Assembly: GCA_963675665.1 (NCBI GenBank) | Contig: OY776510.1 | Span: 2,272,001 to 2,336,000, forward strand | Direction of reading: 5' to 3' | Length of the DNA stretch: 64,000 bases | From: Spirochaetia bacterium | GTDB taxonomy: Bacteria > Spirochaetota > Spirochaetia > UBA9216 | In this document: piece after piece, positions 37,380 to 47,985 of the stretch | Layout of the letters: every line of letters starts with the position of its first letter | Position numbering within the stretch: position 1 is the stretch's first letter | Translations under genes and position numbers: made by a program | The notes under the pieces: generated by a model | Database searches by the model: none | Seen by the model: only the letters and a program-made list of their open reading frames with translations | Told to the model about the DNA's origin: nothing

Positions 37380-37554
37380 TGCGAACCCCGATGATACATG
37401 AAAACAAGCGAAACTCGCAACTGGAGTAATTCTTTATAATACAATGATCTATGAAAATTAAGAGAAGGATTTTTAAAGAAATCTTGCCTACTTTTAGAGG
37501 TTCGCAATATTGACATTTTAATTTATTATTATATAAATAATTATATAAAGTATA
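37380..37554 (+). promoter_or_regulatory. CRISPR leader
   Basis: AT-rich; carries the inverted pair TGCGAACC (37380) and GGTTCGCA (37499) commonly seen in I-C leaders. Confidence 0.8.
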
Positions 37555-40500
37555 GTCGCTCCCTTCGCGGGAGCGTGGATTGAAACATTAAATGGATGTG
37601 TGAGAAGGCTGATGATTTTAAGTCGCTCCCTTCGCGGGAGCGTGGATTGAAACGTGATTACGCATTCTGCGGCTACTGTCATGACCGAGTCGCTCCCTTC
37701 GCGGGAGCGTGGATTGAAACAAATCTAAGGATCGGCTGTATTCCAATTTATAAGGTCGCTCCCTTCGCGGGAGCGTGGATTGAAACTTATACAATGTAAC
37801 ATATAAATAACCTTGCTCATGTCGCTCCCTTCGCGGGAGCGTGGATTGAAACAATCCGTCTGCTTTGAGCCTCATTATTAGCGCGTGTCGCTCCCTTCGC
37901 GGGAGCGTGGATTGAAACGATTTAAAGATTAAAGTATCGCTGAGAAAGGGAAGGTCGCTCCCTTCGCGGGAGCGTGGATTGAAACACAACATCAAGCCTC
38001 AGGATGATTCGTGGTCAAGTCGCTCCCTTCGCGGGAGCGTGGATTGAAACCATTTCCCGGCTTTCGCATCGGCTATTGAATCAGGTCGCTCCCTTCGCGG
38101 GAGCGTGGATTGAAACAGGATAACAATGCTACAAATGCCGGCTCGATTGAGTCGCTCCCTTCGCGGGAGCGTGGATTGAAACAGGATAACAATGCTACAA
38201 ATGCCGGCTCGATTGAGTCGCTCCCTTCGCGGGAGCGTGGATTGAAACAATTATTATCCACTTGGGGATTTTGCAGATGCAGAGTCGCTCCCTTCGCGGG
38301 AGCGTGGATTGAAACAGGCTCCCGCTGGAACAATGGTATGTAACGAGCCTGTCGCTCCCTTCGCGGGAGCGTGGATTGAAACATTTAATAAAATCTTGCC
38401 GTCCTAAACAAATAAACGTCGCTCCCTTCGCGGGAGCGTGGATTGAAACTCTTGTATATTTCTGACCTGTTAAATCATCTGTAGTCGCTCCCTTCGCGGG
38501 AGCGTGGATTGAAACCAGTTATGAGGATAATTTTACAACCCTTGCTGCAGGTCGCTCCCTTCGCGGGAGCGTGGATTGAAACACACGAGTACTGACAATG
38601 GCGGTTATTACAGTAGGTCGCTCCCTTCGCGGGAGCGTGGATTGAAACATCTCATCCCAAGATTTACAGAGTTCCCTTTCAAGGTCGCTCCCTTCGCGGG
38701 AGCGTGGATTGAAACAGTATAAACGTGGCTTTGGGTTTGTTGAGGCTGAGTCGCTCCCTTCGCGGGAGCGTGGATTGAAACAATCATACAGGTGTTTATA
38801 TCCCTACATTACCCGGTCGCTCCCTTCGCGGGAGCGTGGATTGAAACCCTCCAAAATTTCATCTAACGTCTCGCGAATAAAGTCGCTCCCTTCGCGGGAG
38901 CGTGGATTGAAACACACGTTTAAAGAGGGTGACGATGTATATGTCGGGTCGCTCCCTTCGCGGGAGCGTGGATTGAAACAAGTTCTCCGAATATAGGGAC
39001 CTCAAGAGATCCACGTCGCTCCCTTCGCGGGAGCGTGGATTGAAACTAATAGGATATGGCGGTATTGAGAATATATCATGGTCGCTCCCTTCGCGGGAGC
39101 GTGGATTGAAACCTCGGGTAGCATGTAGCAATGCCTGCCCCTGATAGTCGCTCCCTTCGCGGGAGCGTGGATTGAAACATGTACTGACTCTGGCGTCTCC
39201 CACGGATACCCAAGTCGCTCCCTTCGCGGGAGCGTGGATTGAAACAAAGTCCTTTAGCGTCTCTTTACGGAAAGTAACGGGTCGCTCCCTTCGCGGGAGC
39301 GTGGATTGAAACCCGCTATCCGGGCAAACGGTGGTTAAATCCCGGCGTCGCTCCCTTCGCGGGAGCGTGGATTGAAACATTTGGATTATAATCATCACAA
39401 TAGAAGTCGTTGGTCGCTCCCTTCGCGGGAGCGTGGATTGAAACTCACAAGCGATAAGCGTTGAGCCTGAGCCGAGAAAGTCGCTCCCTTCGCGGGAGCG
39501 TGGATTGAAACATCAACAGTCAGCATCCGCGCCTTATCAGACGAAAGTCGCTCCCTTCGCGGGAGCGTGGATTGAAACTCTGATCGCAATATGTAGTGAT
39601 GGCCCAGAGAGAGTCGCTCCCTTCGCGGGAGCGTGGATTGAAACAGATAAATCAGTTTTTTGCACAACTATTGAAACTAGTCGCTCCCTTCGCGGGAGCG
39701 TGGATTGAAACCCGGCAATAAGATAGGAAACCCCGGACTACCCGGGTCGCTCCCTTCGCGGGAGCGTGGATTGAAACATATTGATAGCCAAGACTAACTA
39801 ATTTCCCTATAGGTCGCTCCCTTCGCGGGAGCGTGGATTGAAACTTTCATTGGTTGAGACATGTTGTCTTTAGCGTCAGTCGCTCCCTTCGCGGGAGCGT
39901 GGATTGAAACGATATCTATCTGGTAAGTAGATCGATAAACACAAAGTCGCTCCCTTCGCGGGAGCGTGGATTGAAACCTTCTAATGCTGCGGCGCACCCG
40001 GTTGAACCTGAGTCGCTCCCTTCGCGGGAGCGTGGATTGAAACTTTGCTCATCTGTTAAAATCTGTCCGGATGGTAAGTCGCTCCCTTCGCGGGAGCGTG
40101 GATTGAAACATGCCGAGCTTTTAAGCCGGGACACCGAATATAAAGTCGCTCCCTTCGCGGGAGCGTGGATTGAAACCGACTACAGCAGGTACATATTACA
40201 TCCGCGCCGGAAGTCGCTCCCTTCGCGGGAGCGTGGATTGAAACCATTATGGGCCGAACTTACAGCCCGACCACGTAAGTCGCTCCCTTCGCGGGAGCGT
40301 GGATTGAAACTTTTTACCAAATCCTGCCAAGAGATTTGTCCATCGTCGCTCCCTTCGCGGGAGCGTGGATTGAAACTATTCATGAAACCCCCACTTTATC
40401 GTGTCTATAACGTCGCTCCCTTCGCGGGAGCGTGGATTGAAACGACCTCTACTACATTGTCAGTAAGTTCCAACCATCGTCGCTCCCTTCGCGGGAGCGT

Positions 40501-42898
40501 GGATTGAAACTTCCCTCTTGTCGATGTCAACTACATCATATCTGGTCGCTCCCTTCGCGGGAGCGTGGATTGAAACCGTATTCTTAAATTAAGTATTATG
40601 CGTGAAATTCGTCGCTCCCTTCGCGGGAGCGTGGATTGAAACCAAGCAAAAGATGTTTTGCTGTACAGGATGAGGAGTCGCTCCCTTCGCGGGAGCGTGG
40701 ATTGAAACACTGCATCATTGCCGTGGCAGCAAAGAGGAACTGGTCGCTCCCTTCGCGGGAGCGTGGATTGAAACGATGCAAAATGTAATAGTCTCGGAAG
40801 TACTACAAAGTCGCTCCCTTCGCGGGAGCGTGGATTGAAACGTTGCTTGATATGATGTCTAAAAACTCGATAGGCAGTCGCTCCCTTCGCGGGAGCGTGG
40901 ATTGAAACTCACCGACTGCTAACGTTGCACAGCTAATTCTCAAGTCGCTCCCTTCGCGGGAGCGTGGATTGAAACTGGTATAACGCAAGTATTGAATTAG
41001 GCAAACAAGTCGCTCCCTTCGCGGGAGCGTGGATTGAAACGGAATTACTCCGAAAAGTGGAAATGGAATAATAAAGTCGCTCCCTTCGCGGGAGCGTGGA
41101 TTGAAACCAGACCAGCAAACTGCAAACTAATATCCTCATCCCCTGAGTCGCTCCCTTCGCGGGAGCGTGGATTGAAACACGCTCACAATGTCGGACGAGG
41201 CACTTGTCAGGCGTCGCTCCCTTCGCGGGAGCGTGGATTGAAACACTATATCAGTACGGACACAGGAAGGGTTACGATTGTCGCTCCCTTCGCGGGAGCG
41301 TGGATTGAAACTTCTGTGCAATCAAAAGGCTTGAAAACTTCGTCGGTCGCTCCCTTCGCGGGAGCGTGGATTGAAACCAGTTCTTTTCCAAGATGATACC
41401 TGAAAATAAAGTCGCTCCCTTCGCGGGAGCGTGGATTGAAACGCTGCATCAAGCACGGCCTGAGTCATGCCGGTGTGTCGCTCCCTTCGCGGGAGCGTGG
41501 ATTGAAACTCAATTTGAGAGCAATGCGGCAAATGAAAGCGTAAGTCGCTCCCTTCGCGGGAGCGTGGATTGAAACATGAGGCAGGGAAAAGGCAGGGCTT
41601 TAAACTCAGGTCGCTCCCTTCGCGGGAGCGTGGATTGAAACTTCCCAGTAGTCAAGCACCTTTGCAATGTCGTCGGTCGCTCCCTTCGCGGGAGCGTGGA
41701 TTGAAACTTTAATCCATTTTTTAATCTGTTCGTTTGTCATAGTCGCTCCCTTCGCGGGAGCGTGGATTGAAACGCGGATATAATGACGTTAAACAGTATG
41801 TGCATTGGTCGCTCCCTTCGCGGGAGCGTGGATTGAAACTTCTTTGAAGCGTACAGGCATTATAACCCCGCTTGTCGCTCCCTTCGCGGGAGCGTGGATT
41901 GAAACAGAACTTGTATACCAGCTAAACGTTGGAGAATCCCGTCGCTCCCTTCGCGGGAGCGTGGATTGAAACACTTGTATTGCGAGTAGCGCCGTAGATT
42001 TAACTAGTCGCTCCCTTCGCGGGAGCGTGGATTGAAACTTGAGTATGTGGAAGCCAACCCCCCGGATGCTCAGGTCGCTCCCTTCGCAAGGGAGCGTGGA
42101 TTGAAACTTGATATAGTCAATTTCTTTCTGTAACAATGGCAAGTCGCTCCCTTCGCGGGAGCGTGGATTGAAACATACCATTCAACTAAAATATTTTCAT
42201 CTTCTACGTCGCTCCCTTCGCGGGAGCGTGGATTGAAACTCTTAATGAGTTTTTATTAAGCCGTTTTAAACAAGTCGCTCCCTTCGCGGGAGCGTGGATT
42301 GAAACCCAACTCCTCCGCGTGAATAAACAACCATAACAAGTCGCTCCCTTCGCGGGAGCGTGGATTGAAACATACAATACCCGCTGTCCATGTATTTATC
42401 ACCGTGTCGCTCCCTTCGCGGGAGCGTGGATTGAAACCGAATTACATATCTTTCACTCATACTGTTTTCCTGTCGCTCCCTTCGCGGGAGCGTGGATTGA
42501 AACATGCTGTCAAGTTTTAACTTTGCTGCTGCCAATAGTCGCTCCCTTCGCGGGAGCGTGGATTGAAACCCGGAGCGTTTGCCGCAATAGTTTCTGTGGT
42601 GAAGTCGCTCCCTTCGCGGGAGCGTGGATTGAAACGGAACTATTCCGAAAAATGGAAATGGAATAATAAGTCGCTCCCTTCGCGGGAGCGTGGATTGAAA
42701 CCTATAGTTTAGCGACGAATGCATAAAGTAATCTAGTCGCTCCCTTCGCGGGAGCGTGGATTGAAACCTTATCAAGATTAAACAGACCACACAAGCTGTT
42801 AGTCGCTCCCTTCGCGGGAGCGTGGATTGAAACTCAAGATCAATATCTGTACGGAGAGGGAACAAGGTCGCTCCCTTCGCGGGAGCGTGGATTGAAAT
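37555..42898 (+). CRISPR. Type I-C CRISPR array, 81 repeats / 80 spacers (manual count)
   Basis: 32-nt repeat GTCGCTCCCTTCGCGGGAGCGTGGATTGAAAC; spacers 33-39 nt; the terminal repeat ends GAAAT; one repeat has an AA insertion. Confidence 0.99.
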
Positions 42899-42925
42899 CT
42901 CCCAAACAGCATCAGCAATATCATC

Positions 42926-43066
42926 AATCGGTATAAATAAAAAAAGGGGTCCGGGTTGGGCCTTATCCTCTGCAGGGAATTTATTGAAAAGCATCAGAGA
43001 ACCATAACAGTCGAAAGCGCCGGGGGAAAGGGTTCTGTTTTTACTTTCAGGATTCCGTCGCAGTAA
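42926..43066 (+). pseudogene. C-terminal fragment of a sensor histidine kinase (HATPase_c)
   Basis: Translates KKGSGLGLILCREFIEKHQRTITVESAGGKGSVFTFRIPSQ* (G2 box and C-terminal strand), with no start and no upstream part. Confidence 0.82.
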
Positions 43067-43171
43067 ACCTTGAAACAGTATTGAAGTATAACTCATTATT
43101 AACTTTTCAGTCGCCGGAATGGATGATAAACTTACTGCACCCCTGTTTTTCGGGACAGGACCGGAGGGAAG

Positions 43172-44668
43172 ATGAAAAAAAGAGAAGCGTTATTGTTTCT
43201 GCCTGTATTAATAATTCTGATAATTACCGGCTGCACGACGACCGGGCGCGGGGCCCCGGAATCAGGATATTCATGGAACGACGGTCCTTACCTGATCCAG
43301 TCGGGGCCTGCAGGCAGTTCGGTAACCGTCTGCTGGATAACTTCCGGGGTAAAAGATTCTGTATTGAAATGGGGGTCTTCCGGGTCCGAACTGATAAATA
43401 CAGAGGTTTCCCGGGATTCCCGGGTCCATTCGGTCATGCTGGATAATCTTCTTCCCGGCAGCGAATACTTCTATTCCGTCGATGAGGATCTTTTTCTGTA
43501 CGGGAAGAACAGGGTTTTCAGTTTTTCAACCCCGCCTGCTGTGCCGGAGGACGGTCCGCTTGAATTTATTATTGCCGGAGATCTTCAACCGAAAAACGTG
43601 TATACCCTGAAAACAAACAGGGTTGTTGCCGAACAGATTGCAGCCGAGGACCCAGATTTTATCATTCAGGTGGGCGATGCCGTGCAGATCGGAAGTTCGC
43701 CGGACGACTGGCATTTGCTGATGCATTCTCTGCCGCTCATGGCTTCGGAACGGCCGTTAATTCCCGCTGTCGGCAACCATGAGTATTATCTTTTTCATAA
43801 CAACGGAAGTTTCAGGTCCGTTTTTCCCTATGATTTTGCCGACGACGGAAGCTGTTATTATTCGCTGGATATAGGCGAGGTCCATATTACGGTTCTGGAT
43901 CCTTACGAGGGCGGGCCTGCGGGGCTTAATTCAAAGATGGGCCGAAAACAGAAGGAATGGTTTGTTTCGGATCTTGAAAATGCAGTAGAGAAAAACGCCG
44001 GATGGATCTTTGTGGTTATTCACCAGACGGTGCTGACCAGCGGAGAGTTTCATGACGACGTCAAACTCAGAAAATGGATCCTTCCGATTCTGTCCGACTA
44101 TGATGTCGATGCCGCCTTCTGGGGCCATACGCATTTTTATGAACACTGGAGATATCAGTACGGAAAAAACGGATACCTGCTGAATGCCGGCGACAAAGCA
44201 GGGAGGAACCCTATAGACTATTTTGTTATAGGCACCTCCGGGGCAAGCCTGGAAAGCAACTACGACCTTCTTACGCACCGCCCGTTTACTGATGAATCGC
44301 ACCAATGGTACAACCTAGCCTCCGGACAAATGGAGGATATCGACACAATACAGTATCCATGGGACACAGGCGTCTTTTTTGCCGGGGTGATGGGTGTCAA
44401 TCAGTTTAATGATACCGATCTTCATTATTACCAGTTGCCTTTTGATGAAGACGGCGGCTATTCGGATGATCCGTCAATTTCGTATGCAACTGATAACGAG
44501 TGGTTCGGTTATCAATACGGAGAGAACACCCTGAATTACGCGAAAATGTCTATATCTGGGGACGAATGCCGTATTTCAATTCACTACCCTGACGGCAGCA
44601 TTATTGCCGGTCCCGACGGTTCAATACCCCAGGTTTTTACGCTGCATAAAAAGACAAGAAACAAGTAA
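43172..44668 (+). CDS. Purple-acid-phosphatase-like metallophosphoesterase lipoprotein (FN3 plus calcineurin-like domain)
   Basis: Lipobox IITGC, GPYL, GDLQ, GDAV, GNHE, GHTHFYE. Confidence 0.88.
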   Translation: MKKREALLFLPVLIILIITGCTTTGRGAPESGYSWNDGPYLIQSGPAGSSVTVCWITSGVKDSVLKWGSSGSELINTEVSRDSRVHSVMLDNLLPGSEYFYSVDEDLFLYGKNRVFSFSTPPAVPEDGPLEFIIAGDLQPKNVYTLKTNRVVAEQIAAEDPDFIIQVGDAVQIGSSPDDWHLLMHSLPLMASERPLIPAVGNHEYYLFHNNGSFRSVFPYDFADDGSCYYSLDIGEVHITVLDPYEGGPAGLNSKMGRKQKEWFVSDLENAVEKNAGWIFVVIHQTVLTSGEFHDDVKLRKWILPILSDYDVDAAFWGHTHFYEHWRYQYGKNGYLLNAGDKAGRNPIDYFVIGTSGASLESNYDLLTHRPFTDESHQWYNLASGQMEDIDTIQYPWDTGVFFAGVMGVNQFNDTDLHYYQLPFDEDGGYSDDPSISYATDNEWFGYQYGENTLNYAKMSISGDECRISIHYPDGSIIAGPDGSIPQVFTLHKKTRNK

Positions 44669-44669
44669 T

Positions 44670-44717
44670 TGGCCGCGGATTACACGAATGTGTATTGGGT
44701 AAGGGCCGGGAGAGATT
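44670..44717 (+). repeat. Direct repeat copy D (partner of 25278-25325)
   Basis: TGGCCGCGGATTACACGAATGTGTATTGGGTAAGGGCCGGGAGAGATT, starting 2 nt after the phosphoesterase stop. Confidence 0.9.
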
Positions 44718-44826
44718 TAAGAGAGAAATACCAGGGGGCCCTTTGGTTTTCTGAAATTCTCCTTAAAGTTTTTTCTAAACTTCATCTTTTATTGATTAAT
44801 AATCGCTTGCTAATTAATATTGAATT

Positions 44827-45921
44827 ATGAGCAAAGCCGGATTTTTTTACTTCAAGGGACTGCTGAACAGATTGATTATTATACTGAGGGCTTACTGGAA
44901 AGGCCGGCGGTATCTGGAAACGATATTTTATGCTGTTGTTTTTATTCCTCTGCATTACTTTATGCAATTGCTGTTCAGGCTGGATAATATTTTTTACCGC
45001 GATATAAAGAATACTGAAGTCCGGGAACCGATTATAGTAATAGGTCACCCTCGCAGCGGCACTACATCACTTCAAAATTATATTGCCCAAACAGGCGAAG
45101 TGGCATTCAGTACTTTTCAAACACTTCTTTTTCCCTCGATTTTGATGCGGAAACTTCTTACGCCTGCAGCCATGCTGTTTAATAAATTCAATATCCTGGA
45201 CTCCGAGAAAAAAGGTCACCGCATGGAACTTTTCAGCATTGAGGAAGACGAGGGGCTTTTTCTCCATTCCCTGAATACTGAAATTCTGACAATTTTTTGT
45301 CCGTGGCTTCTTTTAAATCCCGAAACCAGGAAAAAGGGGATCAGGGCAGGTTGGCATGACTTTAACGGTGAAGAAAGCGATATGCCTTTTTTCAGGGAGT
45401 ATCTCAAGAGGCAGCTGGTAACACAGAAAAAGAGACGGGTGCTTTTAAAAACAAACCCGTCGGTTTTGCGCATACAGAAAATTCTGAAATATTTTCCCGA
45501 TGCAAAATTTGTTTATATATACCGTGACCCTGTGGAGACAATCCCGTCTTTTTTTTCAATGCATTACAATTTTATAAATGAACGTTTGACAGAAAATGAG
45601 TTGAATACTTATTTTACTCATAAATACAAATATTCATTTATGTTGTATCACTATTTTGAAAAAATTAGTAAAAAGATTCCTGCCGAACAGTTGCTGTCTG
45701 TGGAGTTTGAAGAACTCAAGAATGATCCGGGTTCTCTTATGAAAAAAATATCCGATTTTACCCGACTCGCTATGTCCGAATCATACCAGGAATATATGGA
45801 AAATAGAAGCCTGCAGAAGCATCAGAAGAAACACCGTAATTTGGATTTCAGCTTTTTCGGAATATCACCAGAGGCGATAAAAAAGGATTTTGGAAAGATT
45901 AGGGCAAAGTACAGCTGCTGA
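44827..45921 (+). CDS. Sulfotransferase family protein
   Basis: 5'-PSB GHPRSGTT, LKTNP, 3'-PB YIYRDPVETIPS. Confidence 0.85.
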   Translation: MSKAGFFYFKGLLNRLIIILRAYWKGRRYLETIFYAVVFIPLHYFMQLLFRLDNIFYRDIKNTEVREPIIVIGHPRSGTTSLQNYIAQTGEVAFSTFQTLLFPSILMRKLLTPAAMLFNKFNILDSEKKGHRMELFSIEEDEGLFLHSLNTEILTIFCPWLLLNPETRKKGIRAGWHDFNGEESDMPFFREYLKRQLVTQKKRRVLLKTNPSVLRIQKILKYFPDAKFVYIYRDPVETIPSFFSMHYNFINERLTENELNTYFTHKYKYSFMLYHYFEKISKKIPAEQLLSVEFEELKNDPGSLMKKISDFTRLAMSESYQEYMENRSLQKHQKKHRNLDFSFFGISPEAIKKDFGKIRAKYSC

Positions 45922-46094
45922 AAACAGAGGGCCGGCTGAGCAGGGATGTATTCACAGCTTCTGGCAGATGCCGCAAAAGTATACGCTTACGCCCATGTAT
46001 GCTGCTTTTCCTGTAAAGCAATGAAGCAGACAAGGTTTTCAGAAAGAAACGCTCTAAATAATCTGTATTGAAGAATTAGTGCTGATTCTATTAA

Positions 46095-46123
46095 TTGACA
46101 GTTTCAGAAATAACAGTTAGATT
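46095..46123 (+). promoter_or_regulatory. Sigma70 promoter
   Basis: TTGACA-N17-TAGATT upstream of the FadR-type gene. Confidence 0.6.
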
Positions 46124-46168
46124 AAATTGGTCGATTAGTTGATTAGAAGCATAGAATGGGTGGTGTTG

Positions 46169-46894
46169 ATGAAACTGGACCCCTTTACAGAAATAGATGT
46201 TCCGAAAATCTCAGATTTAATAATCCGGCAAATTCTTAATCTTATGCATAACGGGGCATTGCAGCCTGGTGATAAACTTCCTTCGGAACTTCAGTTGCAG
46301 AAATCGCTTGGTGTTGCAAAACAGCAGCTTAAGGCTGCTTTTAAAAAGCTTGAGCTGTACGGAGTTCTTGAAACAAAACCGCAAAGCGGTTCCTTTATTG
46401 CTAATATGGAGTCTAAAATCCTCTGCGGATTGATTTCAAATATTCTGGACATTGAAGATACTCTTGATCCTGTGTCGGTGATGGATACTCGTATGGTTCT
46501 TGAATTAAGAGCAGTTGAGCTTGCTGCAGACCGAATGACAGAGCAGGAGCTTGATAGCGTCAAGAAGGCAAATGACATCTTTTTAAGTAAATCCAGAATA
46601 GAAAAAAGAGCAATCGAAGATGATATATACTTTCATCTCGAAATTGTTAAATATTCTCACAGTACAGCTTTGATTGCTCTTTTCTCCTTTATTACCAGGC
46701 AGATAGTGGATATCTGGAAACAAATGGATGTTTTCAGTAAGGATAAAACCAGAAAAAGAATTAAGGAAACATACTCGGAACATGTACAGATAATTAAATA
46801 TTTGGAGAAACGGGATGTCTCCGGAAGCGTGGAAGCAATGAGAATTCATTTACTGAATGTATGTAAAGACACTGAAGCCCTGAGGAGATGTTAA
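46169..46894 (+). CDS. GntR/FadR-family regulator
   Basis: LQPGDKLPSELQL wHTH; FCD domain with D..FH, EH and MRIH. Confidence 0.92.
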   Translation: MKLDPFTEIDVPKISDLIIRQILNLMHNGALQPGDKLPSELQLQKSLGVAKQQLKAAFKKLELYGVLETKPQSGSFIANMESKILCGLISNILDIEDTLDPVSVMDTRMVLELRAVELAADRMTEQELDSVKKANDIFLSKSRIEKRAIEDDIYFHLEIVKYSHSTALIALFSFITRQIVDIWKQMDVFSKDKTRKRIKETYSEHVQIIKYLEKRDVSGSVEAMRIHLLNVCKDTEALRRC

Positions 46895-47979
46895 TGGAAG
46901 TGCGTGTAAAAAGAGAGGATTTAATCGCATATATTTCAGAAATATTTGTAGCTAAGGGGTTGAATGCTGCTGATGCAGGAATAATTGCAGATGTTCTTGT
47001 TGCTGCTGATTCAAGGGGTATTCCCTCGCATGGAATCGGCCGTTTATGGCGGTATCTTGCCGGAATTGATAAAGGTGTAATGAAACTTGATGCTATTCCG
47101 GAACCGGTATATGATACTTCAGTTTCGCTGGTCGTAGATGCTAAAGGTGTAATGGGACCTCCTGTAAGCTACAGAACAATGAAAGCTACTATAGAAAAAG
47201 CTGAAGAAAGCGGGTTGGCATTTTCCTGTGTACGAGATTCAAATCATTTTGGAATTGCCGGGTATTATGCGATGATGGCTATGGATTCTGATATGATCGG
47301 TTTCTGTATGACAAACACCGCAGCTCTTGGTGTTCCTACTTTCGGTAGAAACGTGATGTTCGGAACTAATCCTCTTGCTGTGGCGGTTCCATCATTAACA
47401 GAAATCCCTTATGTTCTCGATATGTCTACAACGGTTGTCTCCCGCGGAAAAATAGAGGTGTATGAGCGGAATGGGGAAGAGCTTCCTGCAGGTTGGGCTG
47501 TAAATGAAAAGGGCTTGAGCGCTGTTGAACCTGGCCCGTTGCTTGAAAATATGCTGTTTCGCAGGGGGGGCGGAATTATGCCTCTGGGCGGTGAAGGTGA
47601 GGCTTTTGGAGGTTATAAAGGATACGGGTTGGCACTTTTTGTGGATATAATGACCGCTGTTCTTTCGGGAGCTGATTTTGGTCCCGACGTAGCCGATTCG
47701 CAGGAAACTTCTGCAAGGGTATCGCATTTCTTCGGGGCAATGAAAATATCCCGCTTTCGTGAAGTCGAAAGTTTCAAATCAGATATGGATAAAATGCTAA
47801 GACAGTTGAAAAAATCTCAACCGGCAGAAGGACAAACCCGTGTTTATTATCCCGGATTGAAAGAAGCCGAGAATGAGATTAATGCTGCTTCAAAAGGAGT
47901 TCTGTTAAGTAAAAAGATTTGGGCTTCCGTTACAGGCTTCGGCGACGGGTTAAATGTTAAAAGACCGAAAATAATCTAA
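46894..47979 (+). CDS. Ldh_2 family (malate/L-lactate/ureidoglycolate-type) oxidoreductase
   Basis: RGIPSHG, NHFG, GTNP, LDMSTT, YKGYGL, YYPG. Confidence 0.92.
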   Translation: MEVRVKREDLIAYISEIFVAKGLNAADAGIIADVLVAADSRGIPSHGIGRLWRYLAGIDKGVMKLDAIPEPVYDTSVSLVVDAKGVMGPPVSYRTMKATIEKAEESGLAFSCVRDSNHFGIAGYYAMMAMDSDMIGFCMTNTAALGVPTFGRNVMFGTNPLAVAVPSLTEIPYVLDMSTTVVSRGKIEVYERNGEELPAGWAVNEKGLSAVEPGPLLENMLFRRGGGIMPLGGEGEAFGGYKGYGLALFVDIMTAVLSGADFGPDVADSQETSARVSHFFGAMKISRFREVESFKSDMDKMLRQLKKSQPAEGQTRVYYPGLKEAENEINAASKGVLLSKKIWASVTGFGDGLNVKRPKII

Positions 47980-47985
47980 TTTGTT

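Noticed and set aside
39645-39679. Spacer 32 contains ATTGAAAC, like the repeat end
   Set aside because: An AT-rich 8-mer among 80 spacers is plausible by chance.
41108-41146. 39-nt spacer, longer than the 33-36 nt norm
   Set aside because: Occasional long spacers arise from imprecise trimming; nothing else is unusual.
37555-42898. Self-targeting spacers within the window
   Set aside because: None were noticed by eye. The check was not exhaustive and needs BLASTN.
37596-43096. Many ORFs on both strands across the array (FQSTLPRRER, SLPSRERGLK and similar)
   Set aside because: They are translations of the CRISPR repeat, not genes.
45946-46071. Short ORF MYSQLLADAAKVYAYAHVCCFSCK...
   Set aside because: No recognisable motif or convincing RBS.
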